A DNA stretch of 64,000 nt from Balanoglossus misakiensis (Eukaryota; Animalia; Hemichordata): NCBI GenBank assembly GCA_040954595.2, contig CM082584.2:4034110-4098109 (forward strand). Reading direction: 5' to 3'. Shown here piece by piece: positions 1 through 14,300 of this stretch. Every line of letters begins with the position of its first letter. The first letter of the stretch is position 1. A program made the translations under genes and the position numbers. The notes beneath the pieces were generated by a model, which did not search any database, was not told where the DNA came from, and saw nothing but the letters and a program-made list of their open reading frames with translations.

Positions 1-90
1 TATGTTTCTACTCATTAATTATGTGCATATCTAATAATCAAATCAGATAATAGAGCTTGGGCCCGGACAATGCTGCTTGCAGCTTTAATT
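1..90 (+). mobile_element. 3' end of a Helentron/HINE-like element (same family as the 1858-25077 stack), inserted in an (ATT)n tract
   Basis: Ends AGAGCTTGGGCCCGGACAATGCTGCTTGCAGCTTTAATT, like the tails at 3781, 4879 and 7744. The paralogous site (~32745-32775) is an uninterrupted (TTA)n tract. Confidence 0.85.
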
Positions 91-305
91 ATTATTATTA
101 TTACTATTTATTTTTCATTTCCAAACCCTTCATCTAATCAAGTATTTGTGTGGTTTAGAATGATGTTTATTGCTTTGAATCCTTTGTCAGAAATATTTAA
201 AATTCATCATATAATTTTGGTAAAATCTGACACCATACTCTACAAATTTAAAGAGTAAGTGCCAAAACTCCCAAGTCACGTGATTTGATGCTGCTTTTGT
301 TGCAG

Positions 306-490
306 CCTGAACATCCAAACCCTGGACAGCCATACAGTGGTGGTTGGTTCGAAGGATACTTATGGGACGATGACGAGGGTCGTGAAGTGCTGCGGCTGTT
401 GAGGATTGCATTTGATCGCCGACTGACTTTCACCATCAATGGGGAATCAAACAAAGTAGTCTGGAATGGCATAACACATGGATACTTTGG
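306..490 (+). CDS. TRIM-DTC paralog 1, penultimate exon (Deltex C-terminal domain); upstream exon lies outside the window
   Basis: TTGCAG acceptor and GTAAG donor. Encodes PEHPNPGQPYSG...EGREVLRLLRIAFDRRLTFTI...VVWNGITH, matching Deltex DTC motifs. Colinear with 32974-33158. Confidence 0.88.
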
Positions 491-1857
491 GTAAGTTTGA
501 TTTCCATTATTGATATTTCATCACACTGACACCCATTTAATATCAATTAACCAACAATACGTTACTTTTTTGCGATGTGTATCAGAAATTTAAAGGTGTC
601 TTCAATCATGTCAGCTCTTGTTTCCCTGTGTGGTTTTAATGGCGAACTGGGACATTGTAGGTCATTGGAATAGTTATCAAAATTAAAACAACACTGTTCC
701 GGTGCCAGGAAAAGAGACATGTAACGTGAAATACATTTCGAGATCTCTATATGGAATGATTTTATGGAAATGCATAGGAATCAAGCCCTGAAGGTCTAGG
801 TCTCTGCTAGTGACAAAAGTGTACATACATAGATTATAGCAAAAAAATACTAAAATCAAAGTATTTTGATCAGTTAGCCAACAAATCAATAGTACCACAA
901 ATCAAAATAGCAATGGCAAAGAACAGACATGTATTGAAGCTCATTGAACATGTTTGAGCTCACCCGCTGATGGTGATAGTATCTGTGCAGGTAACCATCT
1001 TACTTAATTTTCACGTCTTTTGGTTTCATTGAACTACGCCTCTCGCACCTGAGTGTGTTCCTTGTAATGGGTACTGATGACGTCAATAATCAAGTTATCA
1101 ATTCTTTCAAAATATTTAGGGAATTGAAAATCAAAATCTACATATAGACACATTCTTTTGTGACTCTCACTCAGACAGAAACGACTTGCGCAGGTACCTA
1201 TAAAATTGTTGTAATGTTGATGAAGGGGATATCCACATGTTTTATTACAAACACATCCATTCGCAAGTAATTGTGTGACTGTCACAATGTGACACGCCAT
1301 TGTAGCTGGTAGTATAAGTTGAGTGTGCGATGTCGTTTGAAAATACACAGCTATAAGCATGTGTAATTCAACCTGCAATCCATTGATTGACACCTATTGA
1401 GGTTCCCCAAAGTGGCTACAAATATTGCAGTGGCATAATTTAATCCAGTAAACGTTTATAAATCCAAGTTGCGTCCAACCCATCCCTCATTGAATATCTT
1501 CGATTCTGCATCTGTCCATCGCAATAAATTGGTGGAAAATAGAGAAAATTAACGTTTCACACGTGACAATTAACTTATTAAGGCTTAAACCAAATACCAA
1601 TTGCCTCTAGTAAAACCTAAATGTATAGTTTTGAACGAAACCATGCAGCTTTCGTTCATAGCACACTTTCAACTCATATCGAAGCCGTGGAAATCATGGG
1701 TACTAGTATATTCTTCTAAAATTGTTATACTTCATACTGGAACACAATTTTGAAATCCCTATAGCTGTACTATGATGCAGATAGAGAACATTAGGGCTTC
1801 AAACGTGACAATCAAACAAATACCAATTGCCAGATGGTAAAACTAACATGTATAGTT

Positions 1858-2340
1858 AGGGGCACAAGCCTATCGGGCTTGTGCCCCTATTGGTATTGTT
1901 GGAATTTTTAGGGCCCAAGCGCTTGCTTGCGCTTGGGCCCTATTGGTTTCGTTGGGGTTTTTTAGGGCCCAAGCGCTTGCTTGCGCTTGGGCCCTATTGG
2001 TTTCGTTGGAATTTTTAGGGCCCAAGCGCTTGCTTGCGCTTGGGCCCTATTGGTTTCGTTGGAATTTTTCTTTAGGGCCCAAGCGCAAGCAAGCGCTTGG
2101 GCCCTATTGGTTTCGTTGGAATTTTTAGGGCCCAAGCGCAAGCCAGCGCTTGGGCCCTATTGGTTTCGTTGGGGTTTTTAGGGCCCAAGCGCACGCAAGC
2201 GCTTGGGCCCTATTGGTTTCGTTGGAATTTTTAGGGCCCAAGCCAAGCCAGGCTTGGGCCCTATTGGTTTCGTTGGAATTTTTCAGTCTTTAGGGCCCAA
2301 GCCAAGCCAGGCTTGGGCCCTATTGGTTTCGTTGGTATTT
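1858..2340 (+). repeat. Stack of nine ~53-bp palindromic element heads
   Basis: Heads start at 1858, 1910, 1964, 2017, 2074, 2127, 2180, 2233 and 2292; each is a hairpin plus ATTGGTTTCGTTGG (variant in head 1) plus a T-run. Confidence 0.95.
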
Positions 2341-5300
2341 TTCAGTCTTTCTTTCTTTCTTTCTTTCTTTATTCTTATGTCAATTCTTTGTCGCTCTAGA
2401 TCTCAGACACCACTGCAGGTACAGTTTTCAAACTTGCTACAGTGGTCAAGGTCAATGAGTAGTCGTGCATTGAACCCATGAATGTTTAATTAGTCACGTG
2501 ACCTGGCGGCCATATTGGATTTTCTGAAAAAATGCAAATCTCAGATCTCAGAAACTACAAGTCAGATCGACTTCAAATTTGGCGTGCAGGTAGACTACCT
2601 TCTGTCAATCATTTTTGTAATTGGAAATTATGCTGACAAAGTTGCAGTTTTTTTGCTACAATTTTTTTTCTGAAATCTGGCTTACATTTCAAAAATCTTC
2701 TTCTCCAGAACCGGTGATAACCGAGACACGGGGTTTGGGGTATGTGGTCACCTAACTGATGTCTATCAAGTTTGCGAAGATCATTATGATTGGTCGAAGA
2801 TTACGGCGGCCATATTGGATTTTCGAAAAACCCTAGTAAAATTTCAAAAGTCTTCTTCTCAAGAACCGGCGATAACCGAGTCACAAGATTTGGTGTGTGT
2901 GGTCATTAAACAGATGTCTAACAAGTTTGCGAGGGGGATTGTGATTGGTCGAAGATTATGGCGGCCATATTGGATTTTGTGAAAAACGATTAAAAAGTAA
3001 AAATTCCTTTTCTAGCCTAAAAATTGATAGCATAGAAATTCTTTTTATGGATATGAATCATCATATGCCAAGAATAAGCTATAAATATTTTGGTAATTTT
3101 GGCAATGACCTTTGACCTACTTTTGACGCATCATTTTTCTGCATATCTAATTCCAGGCTAACCAATAGGGCTATAAGTTTGGTTTTTGATGTATGTGGAT
3201 TTGTATGTGATCAAAAAATGTTGCTACTTTTCATGACCCCTTTGACCTCTGCTGACCTCATTAAATATGCACATACCTAATTACAGGTGAACCAATAGAC
3301 CTAGAGGTTTTGTTTTTGTTATACATGGACCAGTATGGGGTAAAACTATTTTGCCCAAATGTTGGGTGACCTCGGGTGACCTTTGACCTACTTGTGCATA
3401 TCTTGACATCCACAGCAGATACAGCCTTGGCGTTTGGAGGTATGGGGCCATAATGAAAAGCCAAAGTTTTGGGTCACCTGTGACACCTGCTTAACTCATT
3501 ATTTATGTGTATACCTAATTCTGGGCTAACCAAAAGGGCTAGAGATCTGTTTTTTGTTGGACATGGACCACTATGGGTCACAATTTTCTGCCCAAATTGT
3601 GGGTGACCTCTGGGTGACCTTTGACCTACTTAACACTATATCAACACCAAGCATAGATATAACCTTGATATTTCATGGGATAAAACACAGCATTATGTTT
3701 CTACTCATTAATTATGTGCATATCTAATAATCTGATCAGATAATAGAGCTTGGGCCCGGACAATGCTGCTTGCAGCTTTAATTCTTTCTTTATTCTTATG
3801 TCAATTCTTTGTCGCTCTAGATCTCAGACACTGCTGCAGGTACACTTCTCAAACTTGCTACAGTGGTCAAGGTCAATGAGTAGTCGTGCATTGAACCCTT
3901 GAATTTTTAATTAGTCACGTGACCTGGCGGCCATCTTGGATTTTCTGAAAAAATGCAAATCTCAGATCTCAGAAACTACAAGTCAGATCGACTTCAAATT
4001 TGGCGTGCAGGTAGACTATCTTCTGCCCATCATTTTTGTAATTGGAAATTATGCTGTCAATGTTGCAGTTTTTTTGCTACAGTTGTTTTTCTGAAATCTG
4101 GTCAAAATTTCAAAAATCTTCTTCTCCAGAACCGGCGATAACCGAGTCACGCGGTTTGGGGTATGTGGTCACTAAACTGAGGTCTATCAAGTTTGCGAAG
4201 ATCATTGTGATTGGTCGAAGATTATGGCGGCCATATTGGATTTTCGAAAAACCTAGTAAAATTTCAAAAATCTTCTTCTCAAGAACCTGCGATAACTGAG
4301 TCACAAGATTTGGTGTGTGTGGTCATTAAACAGATGTCTATCAAGTTTGCGAAGAGGAATGTGATTGGTCGAAGATTATGGCGGCCATATTGGATTTTGT
4401 GAAAAACAATTAAAAAGTAAAAATTCCCTTTCTAGCCTAAAAATTGATAGCACAGAAATTCTTTTTATGGATATGAATCATCATATGCCAAGAATAAGCT
4501 ATAAATATTTTGGTAATTTTGGCAATGACCTTTGACCTACTTTTGAGGCATCATTTTTCTGCATATCTAATTTCAGGCTAACCTTTAAGGCTATCATTTT
4601 GGTTTTTGATGTATGTGGATTTGTATGTGATCAAAAATTTTTGCTACTTTTCATGACCCCTTTGACCTCTGCTGACCTCATTAAATATAAACATACCTAA
4701 TTACAGATGAACCAATAGACCTAGAGGTTTTGTTTTTGTTATACATGGACTAATATCGGGTCAAAATATTTTGCCCAAATGTTGGGTGACCTCGGGTGAC
4801 CTTTGACCTACTTAACACTATATCAGCATCAGATCAGATAATAGAGCTTGGGCCCGGACAATGCTGCTTGCAGCTTTAATTCTTTCTTTCTTTCTTTCTT
4901 TATTCTTGTGTCAATTCTTTGGGCAACGAGATCTCAGACACCGCTGCAGGTACACTTCTCAAACTTGCTACAGTGGTCAAGGTCAATGAGTAGATGTGCA
5001 GTGACTTGTGAATACTTAATTAGTCACGTGACCTGGCGGCCATATTGGATTTTCTGAAAAAAATCAAATCTCAGATCTCAGAAACTACAAGTCAGATCGA
5101 CTTCAAATTTGGCATGCAGGTAGACTACCTTCTACCCATCATTTTTGTAACTGGAAATTTTGCTGTCAATGTTGCAGTTTTTGTGCTACAGTTGTTTTTC
5201 TCAAATCTGGCTTACATTTCAAAAATCTTCTTCTCCAGAACCAGTGATAACCGAGACACGGGGTTTGGGGTTTGTGGTCACCTAACTGATGTCTATCAAG

Positions 5301-8300
5301 TTTGCGAAGATCATTGTGATTGGTCGAAGATTATTGCGGCCATATTGGATTTTCGAAAAACCATAGTAAAACTGCAAAAATCTTCTTCTCCAGAACGGCC
5401 GATGACTGAGACGCAAGATTCGGGGAGTATGGTCACTACACTGATGTCTATCAAATTTGCAAAGAGCATTGTGATTGGTCGAAGATTATGGCGGCCATAT
5501 TGGATTTCTTTAAAAAGCATTGAAAAATTGAAATTCCTTTTTCTAGTCCAAAAATTGATAGCATACAAATTCTTTTTATGGATATCGATCGTCAGGTGAC
5601 TAAAATATGTTACAATTTTTTGGCGATTTTTCACATGACCTTTGACCTACTTATCACGCGTTATTATTTCTGCATATCTAATTTCAGGCTAACCTATAGG
5701 GCTAGACGTTTGGTTTTTGATGCATGTGGATTAGTGTGTGATCAAAATATTTTGCTACTTTGCACGACCCCTTTGACCTCTGCTGACCTCATTAATTATG
5801 TGCATAGCTAATTACAGATGAACCAATAGAGCTAGAGGTTTAGTTTTTGTTGAACATGGACCAGTATGGGATCAAAATTTTTGGCCCAAATTTTGGGTGA
5901 CCTCTGGTGACCTTTGACCTACTTTCGCATATCTCAGCATCCAGAGCAGATACAGCCATGGCATTTGGCAGGATGGGACCAAAATGTAAAGCCACATTTT
6001 TTGGTCACCTGTTACACCTGCTGACCTCATTAAATATGCACATACCTAATTACAGGCGAACCAATAGAGCTAGAGTTTTGGTTTTTGTTGGACATGGACC
6101 AGTATGGGTAAAAAAAAAAATTGCCCAAATGTTGGGTGACCTCAGGTGACCTTTGACCTACTTCACCCTATTTCAGCAGCAAAAATACATACGTCCTTGT
6201 TATGTCATGAGATAATACACCCGATAGAAAATTCTATTTCTTCTCATTCATACTGTGCATATATAATTCGAGATCAGCGCTTGGGCCCGACAATGCTGCT
6301 TGCAGCTTTAATTCTTTCTTTCTTCTTTCTTTATTCTTGTGTCAATTCTTTGTCGCTCTAGATCTCAGACACCACTGCAGGTACACTTCTGAAACTTGCT
6401 ACAGTGGTCAAGGTCAATGAGTAGTCGTGCATTGAACCCTTGAATTTCTAATTAGTCACATGACCTGGCAGCCATCTTGGATTTTCTGAAAATATGCAAA
6501 TCTCAGATCTCAGAAACTACAAGTCAGATCGACTTCAAATTTGGCGTGCAGGTAGACTACCTTCTGCTTATCATTTTTGTAATTGGAAATTATGCTGAAA
6601 AAGTTGCAGTTTTTTTGCTACAATTTTTTTTCTGAAATCTGGCTTAAATTTCAAAAATCTTCTTCTCCAGAACCGGTGATAACCGAGACACTGGGTTTGG
6701 GGTATGTGGTCACCAAACTGAGGTCTATCAAGTTTGCGAAGATCATTGTGATTGGTCGAAGATTATGGCGGCCATATTGGATTTTCGAAAAACCCTAGTA
6801 AAATTTCAAAAATCTTCTTCTCAAGAACCAGCGATAACCGAGTCACAAGATTTGGGGAGTATGGTCACTACACTGATGTCTATCAAGTTTGCGAAGATCA
6901 TTGTGATTGGTCGAAGATTTTGGCGGCCATATTGGATTTTGTGAACAACGATTAAAAAGTAAAAATTCCGTTTCTAGCCTAAAAATTGATAGCACAGAAA
7001 TTCTTTTTATGGATATGAATCATCATATGACAAGAATAAGCTATAAATATTTTGGTAATTTTGGCAATGACCTTTGACCTACTTTTGACGCATCATTTTT
7101 CTGCATATCTAATTCCAGGCTAACCAATAGGGCTATAAGTTTGGTTTTTGATGTATTTGGTTTTGTATGTGATCAAAAATTTTTGCTACTTTTCATGACC
7201 CCTTTGACCTCTGCTGACCTCATTAAATATGCGCATACCTAATTACAGATGAACCAAATGACCTAGAGGTTTTTTTTTTTTTGGACATGGATCAGTATGG
7301 GGTCAAAATATTTTGCCCAAATGTTGGATGACCTCGGGTGACCTTTGACCTACTTTTGCATATCTCGACATCCACAGCAGATACAGCCTTGGCGTTTGGA
7401 GGTATGGGGCCATAATGAAAAGCCAAAGTTGTGGGGTCACCTGTGACACCTGCTTTACGCATTATTTATGTGAATACCTAATTCCGGGTTAACCAAAAGG
7501 GCTAGAGGTCTGGTTTTTGTTGGACATTGACCACTATGGGTCAAAATATTCTGCCCAAATTGTGGGTGACCCCTGGGTGACCTTTGACCTACTTAACACT
7601 ATATCAGCACCAAACATAGATATAACCTTGATATTTCATGGGATAAAACACTGCATTATGTTTCTACTCATTAATTATGTGCATATCTAATAATCAGATC
7701 AGATAATAGAGCTTGGGCCCGGACAATGCTGCTTGCAGCTTTAATTCTTTCTTTCTTTCTTTCTTTATTCTCCTGTCAATTCTTCGGCCAACTAAATCTC
7801 AGAAACTACTGCAGGTACACTGCTCAAACTTGCTACAGTGGTCAAGGTCAATGAGTAGATGTGCAGTGATTTGTGAATACTTAATTAGTCACGTGACCTG
7901 GCGGCCATATTGGATTTTCTGAAAATCATCAAATCTCAGATCTCAGAAACTACAAGTCAGATCGACTTCAAATTTGGCATGCAGGTAGACTACCTTCTAC
8001 CCATCATTTTTGTAATTGGAAATTATGCTGACAAAGTTGCAGTTTTTTTGCTACAATTTTTTTTCTGAAATCTGGCTTAAATTTCAAAAATCTTCTTCTC
8101 CAGAACCGGTGATAACCGAGACACGCGGTTTAGGGTATGTGGTCACCTAACTGATGTCTATCAAGTTTGCGAAGATCATTGTGATTGGTCGAAGATTATG
8201 GCGGCCATATTGGATTTTCGAAAAACCATAGTTAAACTCCAAAAATCTTCTTCTCCAGAACGGGCGATGACTGAGTCGCAAGATTCAGGGAGTATAGTCA

Positions 8301-11300
8301 CTACACTGATGTCTATCAATTTTGCAAAGAGCATTGTGATTGGTCGAAGATTATGGCGGCCATATTGGATTTTGTAAAAAGCAGTGAAAAATTGAAATTC
8401 CTTTTTCTAGTCTAAAAATTGATAGCATACAAATTCTTTTTATGGATATCAATCGTCATGTGACTAAAATATGTTACAATTTTTTGGCGATTTTTCACAT
8501 GACCTTTGACCTACTTATCACGCGTTATTATTTCTGCATATCTAATTCCAGGCTTACCTATAGGGCTAGAGGTTTGGTTTTTGATGAATGTGGATTAGTG
8601 TGTGATCAAAATATTTTGCTACTTTTCATGACCCCTTTGACCTCTGCTGACCTCATTAATTATGTGCATAGCTAATTACAGGCGAACCAATAGAGCTAGA
8701 GGTTTGGTTTTTGTTGGACAAGGACCAGAATGGGATCAAAATTTTTTGCCCAAATGTTACGTGACCTCTGGTGACCTTTGACCTACTTTCGCATATCTCA
8801 GCATCCAGAGCAGATACAGCCATGGCATTTGGTAGGATGGGACCAAAATGTAAAGCCACATTTTTGGGTCACCTGTGACACCTGCTGACCTCATTAAATA
8901 TGCACATACCTAATTACACGCGAACCAATAGAGCTAGAGTTTTGGTTTTTGTTGGACATGGCCCAGCATGGGTCAAAATTTTTTGCCCAAATGTTGGGTG
9001 ACCTCAGGTGACCTTTGACCTACTTCACCCTATTTCAGCAGCAAAAATACACACATCCTTGTTATGTCATGAGATAATACATCCGATAGAAAATTCTGTT
9101 TCTTCTCATTCATACTGTGCATATATAATTCAAGATCAGCGCTTGGGCCCGACAATGCTGCTCGCAGCTTTAATTAGGGCCCAAGCGCATGCAAGCGCTT
9201 GGGCCCTATTGGTTTCGTTGGAATTTTTCTTTCTTTCTTTATTCTCCTGTCAATTCTTCGGCCAACGAGATCTCTGAAACTACTGCAGGTACACTGCTCA
9301 AACTTGCTACAGTGGTCAAGGTCAATGAGTAGATGTGCAGTGACTTGTGAATACTTAATTAGTCACGTGACCTGGCGGCCATATTGGATTTTCTAAAAAA
9401 ATGCAAATCTCAGATCTCAGAAACTACAAGTCAGATCGACTTCAAATTTGGCATGCAGGTAGACTACCTTGTACCCATCATTTTTTAAAGAGAAAATTTT
9501 GCTGTCAATGTTGCAGTTTTTTTGCTACAATTTTTTTTCTGAAATCTGGCTTAAATTTCAAAAATCTTCTTCTCCAGAACCGGTGATAACCGAGACACAG
9601 GGTTTAGGGTATGTGGTCACCTAACTGATGTCTATCAAGTTTGCGAAGATCATTGTGATTGGTCGAAGATTATGGCGGCCATATTGGATTTTCGAAAAAC
9701 CATAGTTAAACTCTAAAAAATCTTCTTCTCCAGAACGGGCGATGACTGAGTTGCAAGATTCGGGGAGTATGGTTACTACACTGATGTCTATCAAGTTTTC
9801 AAAGAGCATTGTGATTGGTCGAAGATTATGGCGGCCATATTGGATTTTGTAAAAAGCAGTGAAAAATTGAAATTCCTTTTTCTAGTCTAAAAATTGATAG
9901 CATACAAATTCTTTTTATGGATATCAATTGTCATGTGACTAAAATATGTTACAATTTTTTGGCGATTTTTCACATGACCTTTGACCTACTTATTACACGT
10001 TATTATTTCTGCATATCTAATTCCAGGCTAACCTATAGGGCTAGACGTTTGGTTTTTGATGAATGTGGATTAGTGTGTGATCAAAATATTTTGCTACTTT
10101 TCATAACCCCTTTAACCTCTGCTGACCTCATTAATTATGTGCATAGCTAATTACAGGCGAACCAATAGAGCTAGAGGTTTGGTTTTTGTTGGACATGGAC
10201 CAGTATGGGATCAAATATTTTTGCCCAAATGTTGGGTGACCTCTGGTGACCTTTGACCTACTTTCGCATATCTCAGCATCCAGAGCAGATACAGCCATGG
10301 CATTTGGTAGGATGGGACCAAAATGTAAAGCCACATTTTTGGGTCACCTGTAACACCTGCTGACCTCATTAAATATGCACATACCTAATTACAGGCGAAC
10401 AAATAGAGCTTGACTTTTGGTTTTTGTTGGACATGGACCAGTATGGGTAAAAAAAATTGCCCAAATTGTGGGTGACCTCAGGTGACCTTTGACCTACTTC
10501 ACCCTATTTCAGCAGCAAAAATACACACATCCTTGTTATGTCATGAGATAATACATCCGATAGAAAATTCTGTTTCTTCTCATTCATACTGTGCATATAT
10601 AAATCAAGATCAGCGCTTGGGCCCGACAATGCTGCTTGCAGCTTTAATTAGGGCCCAAGCGCATACCAGCGCTTGGGCCCTATTGGTTTCGTTGGGGTTT
10701 TTCTTTCTTTCTTTCTTTATTCTTGTGTCATTTCTTTGTCGCTCTAGATCTCAGACACCGCTGCAGGTACACTTCTCAAACTTGCTACAGTGGTCAAGGT
10801 CAATGGGTAGTCGTGCATTGAACTCTTGAATTTTTAATTAGTCACGTGACATGGCGGCCATATTGGATTTTCTGAAAAAATGCAAATCTCAGATCTCAGA
10901 AACTACAAGTCAGATTTACTTCAGATTTGGTGTGCTGGTAGTGTACCTCCTGCCCATCATTCTTGTAATTGGATATTTTGCTGTCAATGATGCAGTTTTT
11001 TTGCTACAATTTTTTTTCTGAAATCTGGTCAAAATTTCAAAAATCTTCTTCTCCAGAACCGGCGATAACCGAGTCACGCGGTTTGGGGTATGTGGTCACC
11101 AAACTGAGGTCTATCAAGTTTGCGAAGATCCTTGTGATTGGTCGAAGATTATGGCGGCCATATTGGATTTTCGAAAAACCATAGTAAAACTTCAAAAATC
11201 TTCTTCTCAAGAACCGGCTATAACTGAGTCACAAGATTTGGGCAGTATGGTCACTATACTGATGTCTATCAAGTTTGCAAAGAGCATTGTGATTGGTCGA

Positions 11301-14300
11301 AGATTATGGCGGCCATATTGGATTTTGTGAAAAATGATTAAAAAGTAAAAATTCCTTTTCTAGCCTAAAAATTGATAGCACAGAAATTCTTTTTATGGAT
11401 ATGAATCATCATATGCCAAGAATAAGCTATAAATATTTTGGTAATTTTGGCAATGACCTTTGACCTACTTTTGACGCATCATTTTTCTGCATATCTAATT
11501 CCAGGCTAACCAATAGGGCTATAAGTTTGGTTTTTGATGTATGTGGATTTGTATGTGATCAAAAAATTTTGCTACTTTTCATGACCCCTTTGACCTCTCC
11601 TGACCTAATTAAATATGTACATAGCTAATTACAGGCAAACCAATAGAGCTAGAGGTTTGGTTTTTGTTGGACATGGACCAGTATGGGATCAAAAATTTTT
11701 GCCCAAATGTTGGGTGACCTCTGGTGACCTTTGACCTACTTTCGCATATCTCAGCATCCACAGCAGATACAGCCTTAGCGTTTGGAGGTATTGGGCCATA
11801 ATGAAAAGCCAAAGTTTTAGGTCACCTGTGACACCTGCTTAACTCATTATTTATGTGCATACCTAATTCCGGGCTAACCAAAAGGGCTAGAGATCTGGTT
11901 TTTGTTGGACATGGACCACTATGGGTCAAAATTTTCTGCCCAAATTGTGGGTGACCTCTGGGTGACCTTTGACCTACTTAACACTATATCAAAACCAAAC
12001 ATAGATATAACCTTGATATTTCATGGGATAAAACACAGCATTATGTTTCTACTCATTAATTATGTGCATATCTAATAATTAGATCAGATAATAAAGCTTG
12101 GGCCCGGACAATGCTGCTTGCAGCTTTAATTCTTTCTTTCTTTCTTTATTCTCCTGTCAATTCTTCGGCCAACTAAATCTCAGAAACTACTGCAGGTACA
12201 CTGCTCAAACTTGCTACAGTGGTCAAGGTCAATAAGTAGATGTGCAGTGATTTGTGAATACTTAATTAGTCACGTGACTTGGCGGCCATATTGGATTTTC
12301 TGAAAAAATGCAAATCTCAGATCTCAGAAACTACAAGTCAGATCGACTTCAAATTTGGCATGCAGGTAGACTACCTTCTACTCATCATTTTTGTAATTGG
12401 AAATTTTGCTGTCAATGTTGCAGTTTTTTTGCTACAATTTTTTTTCTGAAATCTGGCTTAAATTTCAAAAATCTTCTTCTCCAGAACCAGTGATAACCGA
12501 GACACGCGGTTTAGGGTATGTGGTCACCTAACTGATGTCTATCAAGTTTGCGAAGATCATTGTGATTGGTCGAAGATTATGGCGGCCATATTGGATTTTC
12601 GAAAAACCATAGTTAAACTCCTAAAATCTTCTTCTCCAGAACGGGCGATGACTGAGTCGCAAGATTCGGGGAGTATGGTCACTACACTGATGTCTATCAT
12701 GTTTGCAAAGAGCATTGTGATTGGTCAAAGATTATGGCGGCCATATTGGATTTTGTAAAAAGCAGCGAAAAATTGAAAATCCTTTTTCTAGTCTAAAAAT
12801 TGATAGCATACAAATTCTTTTTATGGATATCAATCGTCATGTGACTAAAATATGTTACAATTTTTTGGCGATTTTTCACATGACCTTTGACCTACCTATC
12901 ACGCGTTATTATTTTTGCATATCTAATTCCAGGCTAACCTGTAGGGCTAGACATTTGGTTTTTGATGAATGTGGATTAGTGTGTGATCGAAATATTTTGC
13001 TACTTTTCATGACCCCTTTGACCTCTGCTGACCTCATTAATTATGTGCATAGCTAATTACAGGCGCACCGATAGAGCTAGAGGTTTGGTTTTTGTTGGAC
13101 ATGGACCAGTATGGGATCACCATTTTTTGCCGAAATGTTGGGTGACCTCTGGTGACCTTTGACCTACTTTCGCATATCTCAACATCCAGAGCAGATACAG
13201 CCATGGCATTTGGTAGGATGGGACCAAAATGTAAAGCCACATTTTTGGGTCACCTGTAACACCTGCTGACCTCATTAAATATGCACATACCTAATTACAG
13301 GCGAACCAATAGAGCCAGAGTTTTGGTTTTTGTTGGACATGGACCAGTATGGGTAAAAAAAATTGCCCAAATGTTGGGTGACCTCAGGTGACCTTTGACC
13401 TACTTCACCCTATTTCAGCAGCAAAAATACACACATCCTTGTTATGTCATCAGATAATACATCCGATAGAAAATTCTGTTTCTTCTCATTCATACTGTGC
13501 ATATATAATTCAAGATCAGCGCTTGGGCCCGACAATGCTGCTCGCAGCTTTAATTCTTTAGGGCCCAAGCGCAAGCAAGCGCTTGGGCCCTATTGGTTTC
13601 GTTGGGGTTTTTTAGGGCCCAAGCGCAAGCAAGCGCTTGGGCCCTATTGGTTTCGTTGGAATTTTTCTTTCTTTCTTTCTTTCTTTCTTTATTCTCCTGT
13701 CAATTCTTCGGCCAACGAGATCTCTGAAACTACTGCAGGTACACTGCTCAAACTTGCTACAGTGGTCAAGGTCAATGAGTAGATGTGCAGTGACTTGTGA
13801 ATACTTAATTAGTCACGTGACCTGGCGGCCATATTGGATTTTCTGAAAAAATGCAAATCTCAGATCTCAGAAATTACAAGTCAGATCAACTTCAAATTTG
13901 GCATGCAGGTAGACTACCTTCTGCCCATCATTTTTGTAATCGGAAATTATGCTGTAAAAGTTGCAGTTTTTTTGCTACAATTTTTTTCCTGAAATCTGGC
14001 TTAAATTTCAAAAATCTTCTTCTCCTCAACCAGTGATAACCGAGTCACGGTGTTTGGGGTATGTGGTCACCTAACTGATGTCTATCAAGTTTGGGAAGAT
14101 CATTGTGATTGGTCGAAGATTATGGCGGCCATATTGGATTTTCGAAAAACCATAGTTAAACTCCAAAAATCTTCTTCTCCAGAACGGGCGATGACTGAGT
14201 CGCAAGATTCGGGGAGTATGGTCACTACACTGATGTCTATAAAGTTTGCAAAGAGCATTGTGATTGGTCGAAGATTATGGCGGCCATATTGGATTTTGTA

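Noticed and set aside
1858-2340. CRISPR-like run of palindromic ~53-bp repeats
   Set aside because: No unique spacers, no cas genes and a eukaryotic intron context. The repeats are stacked element heads that recur directly before bodies elsewhere in the array.
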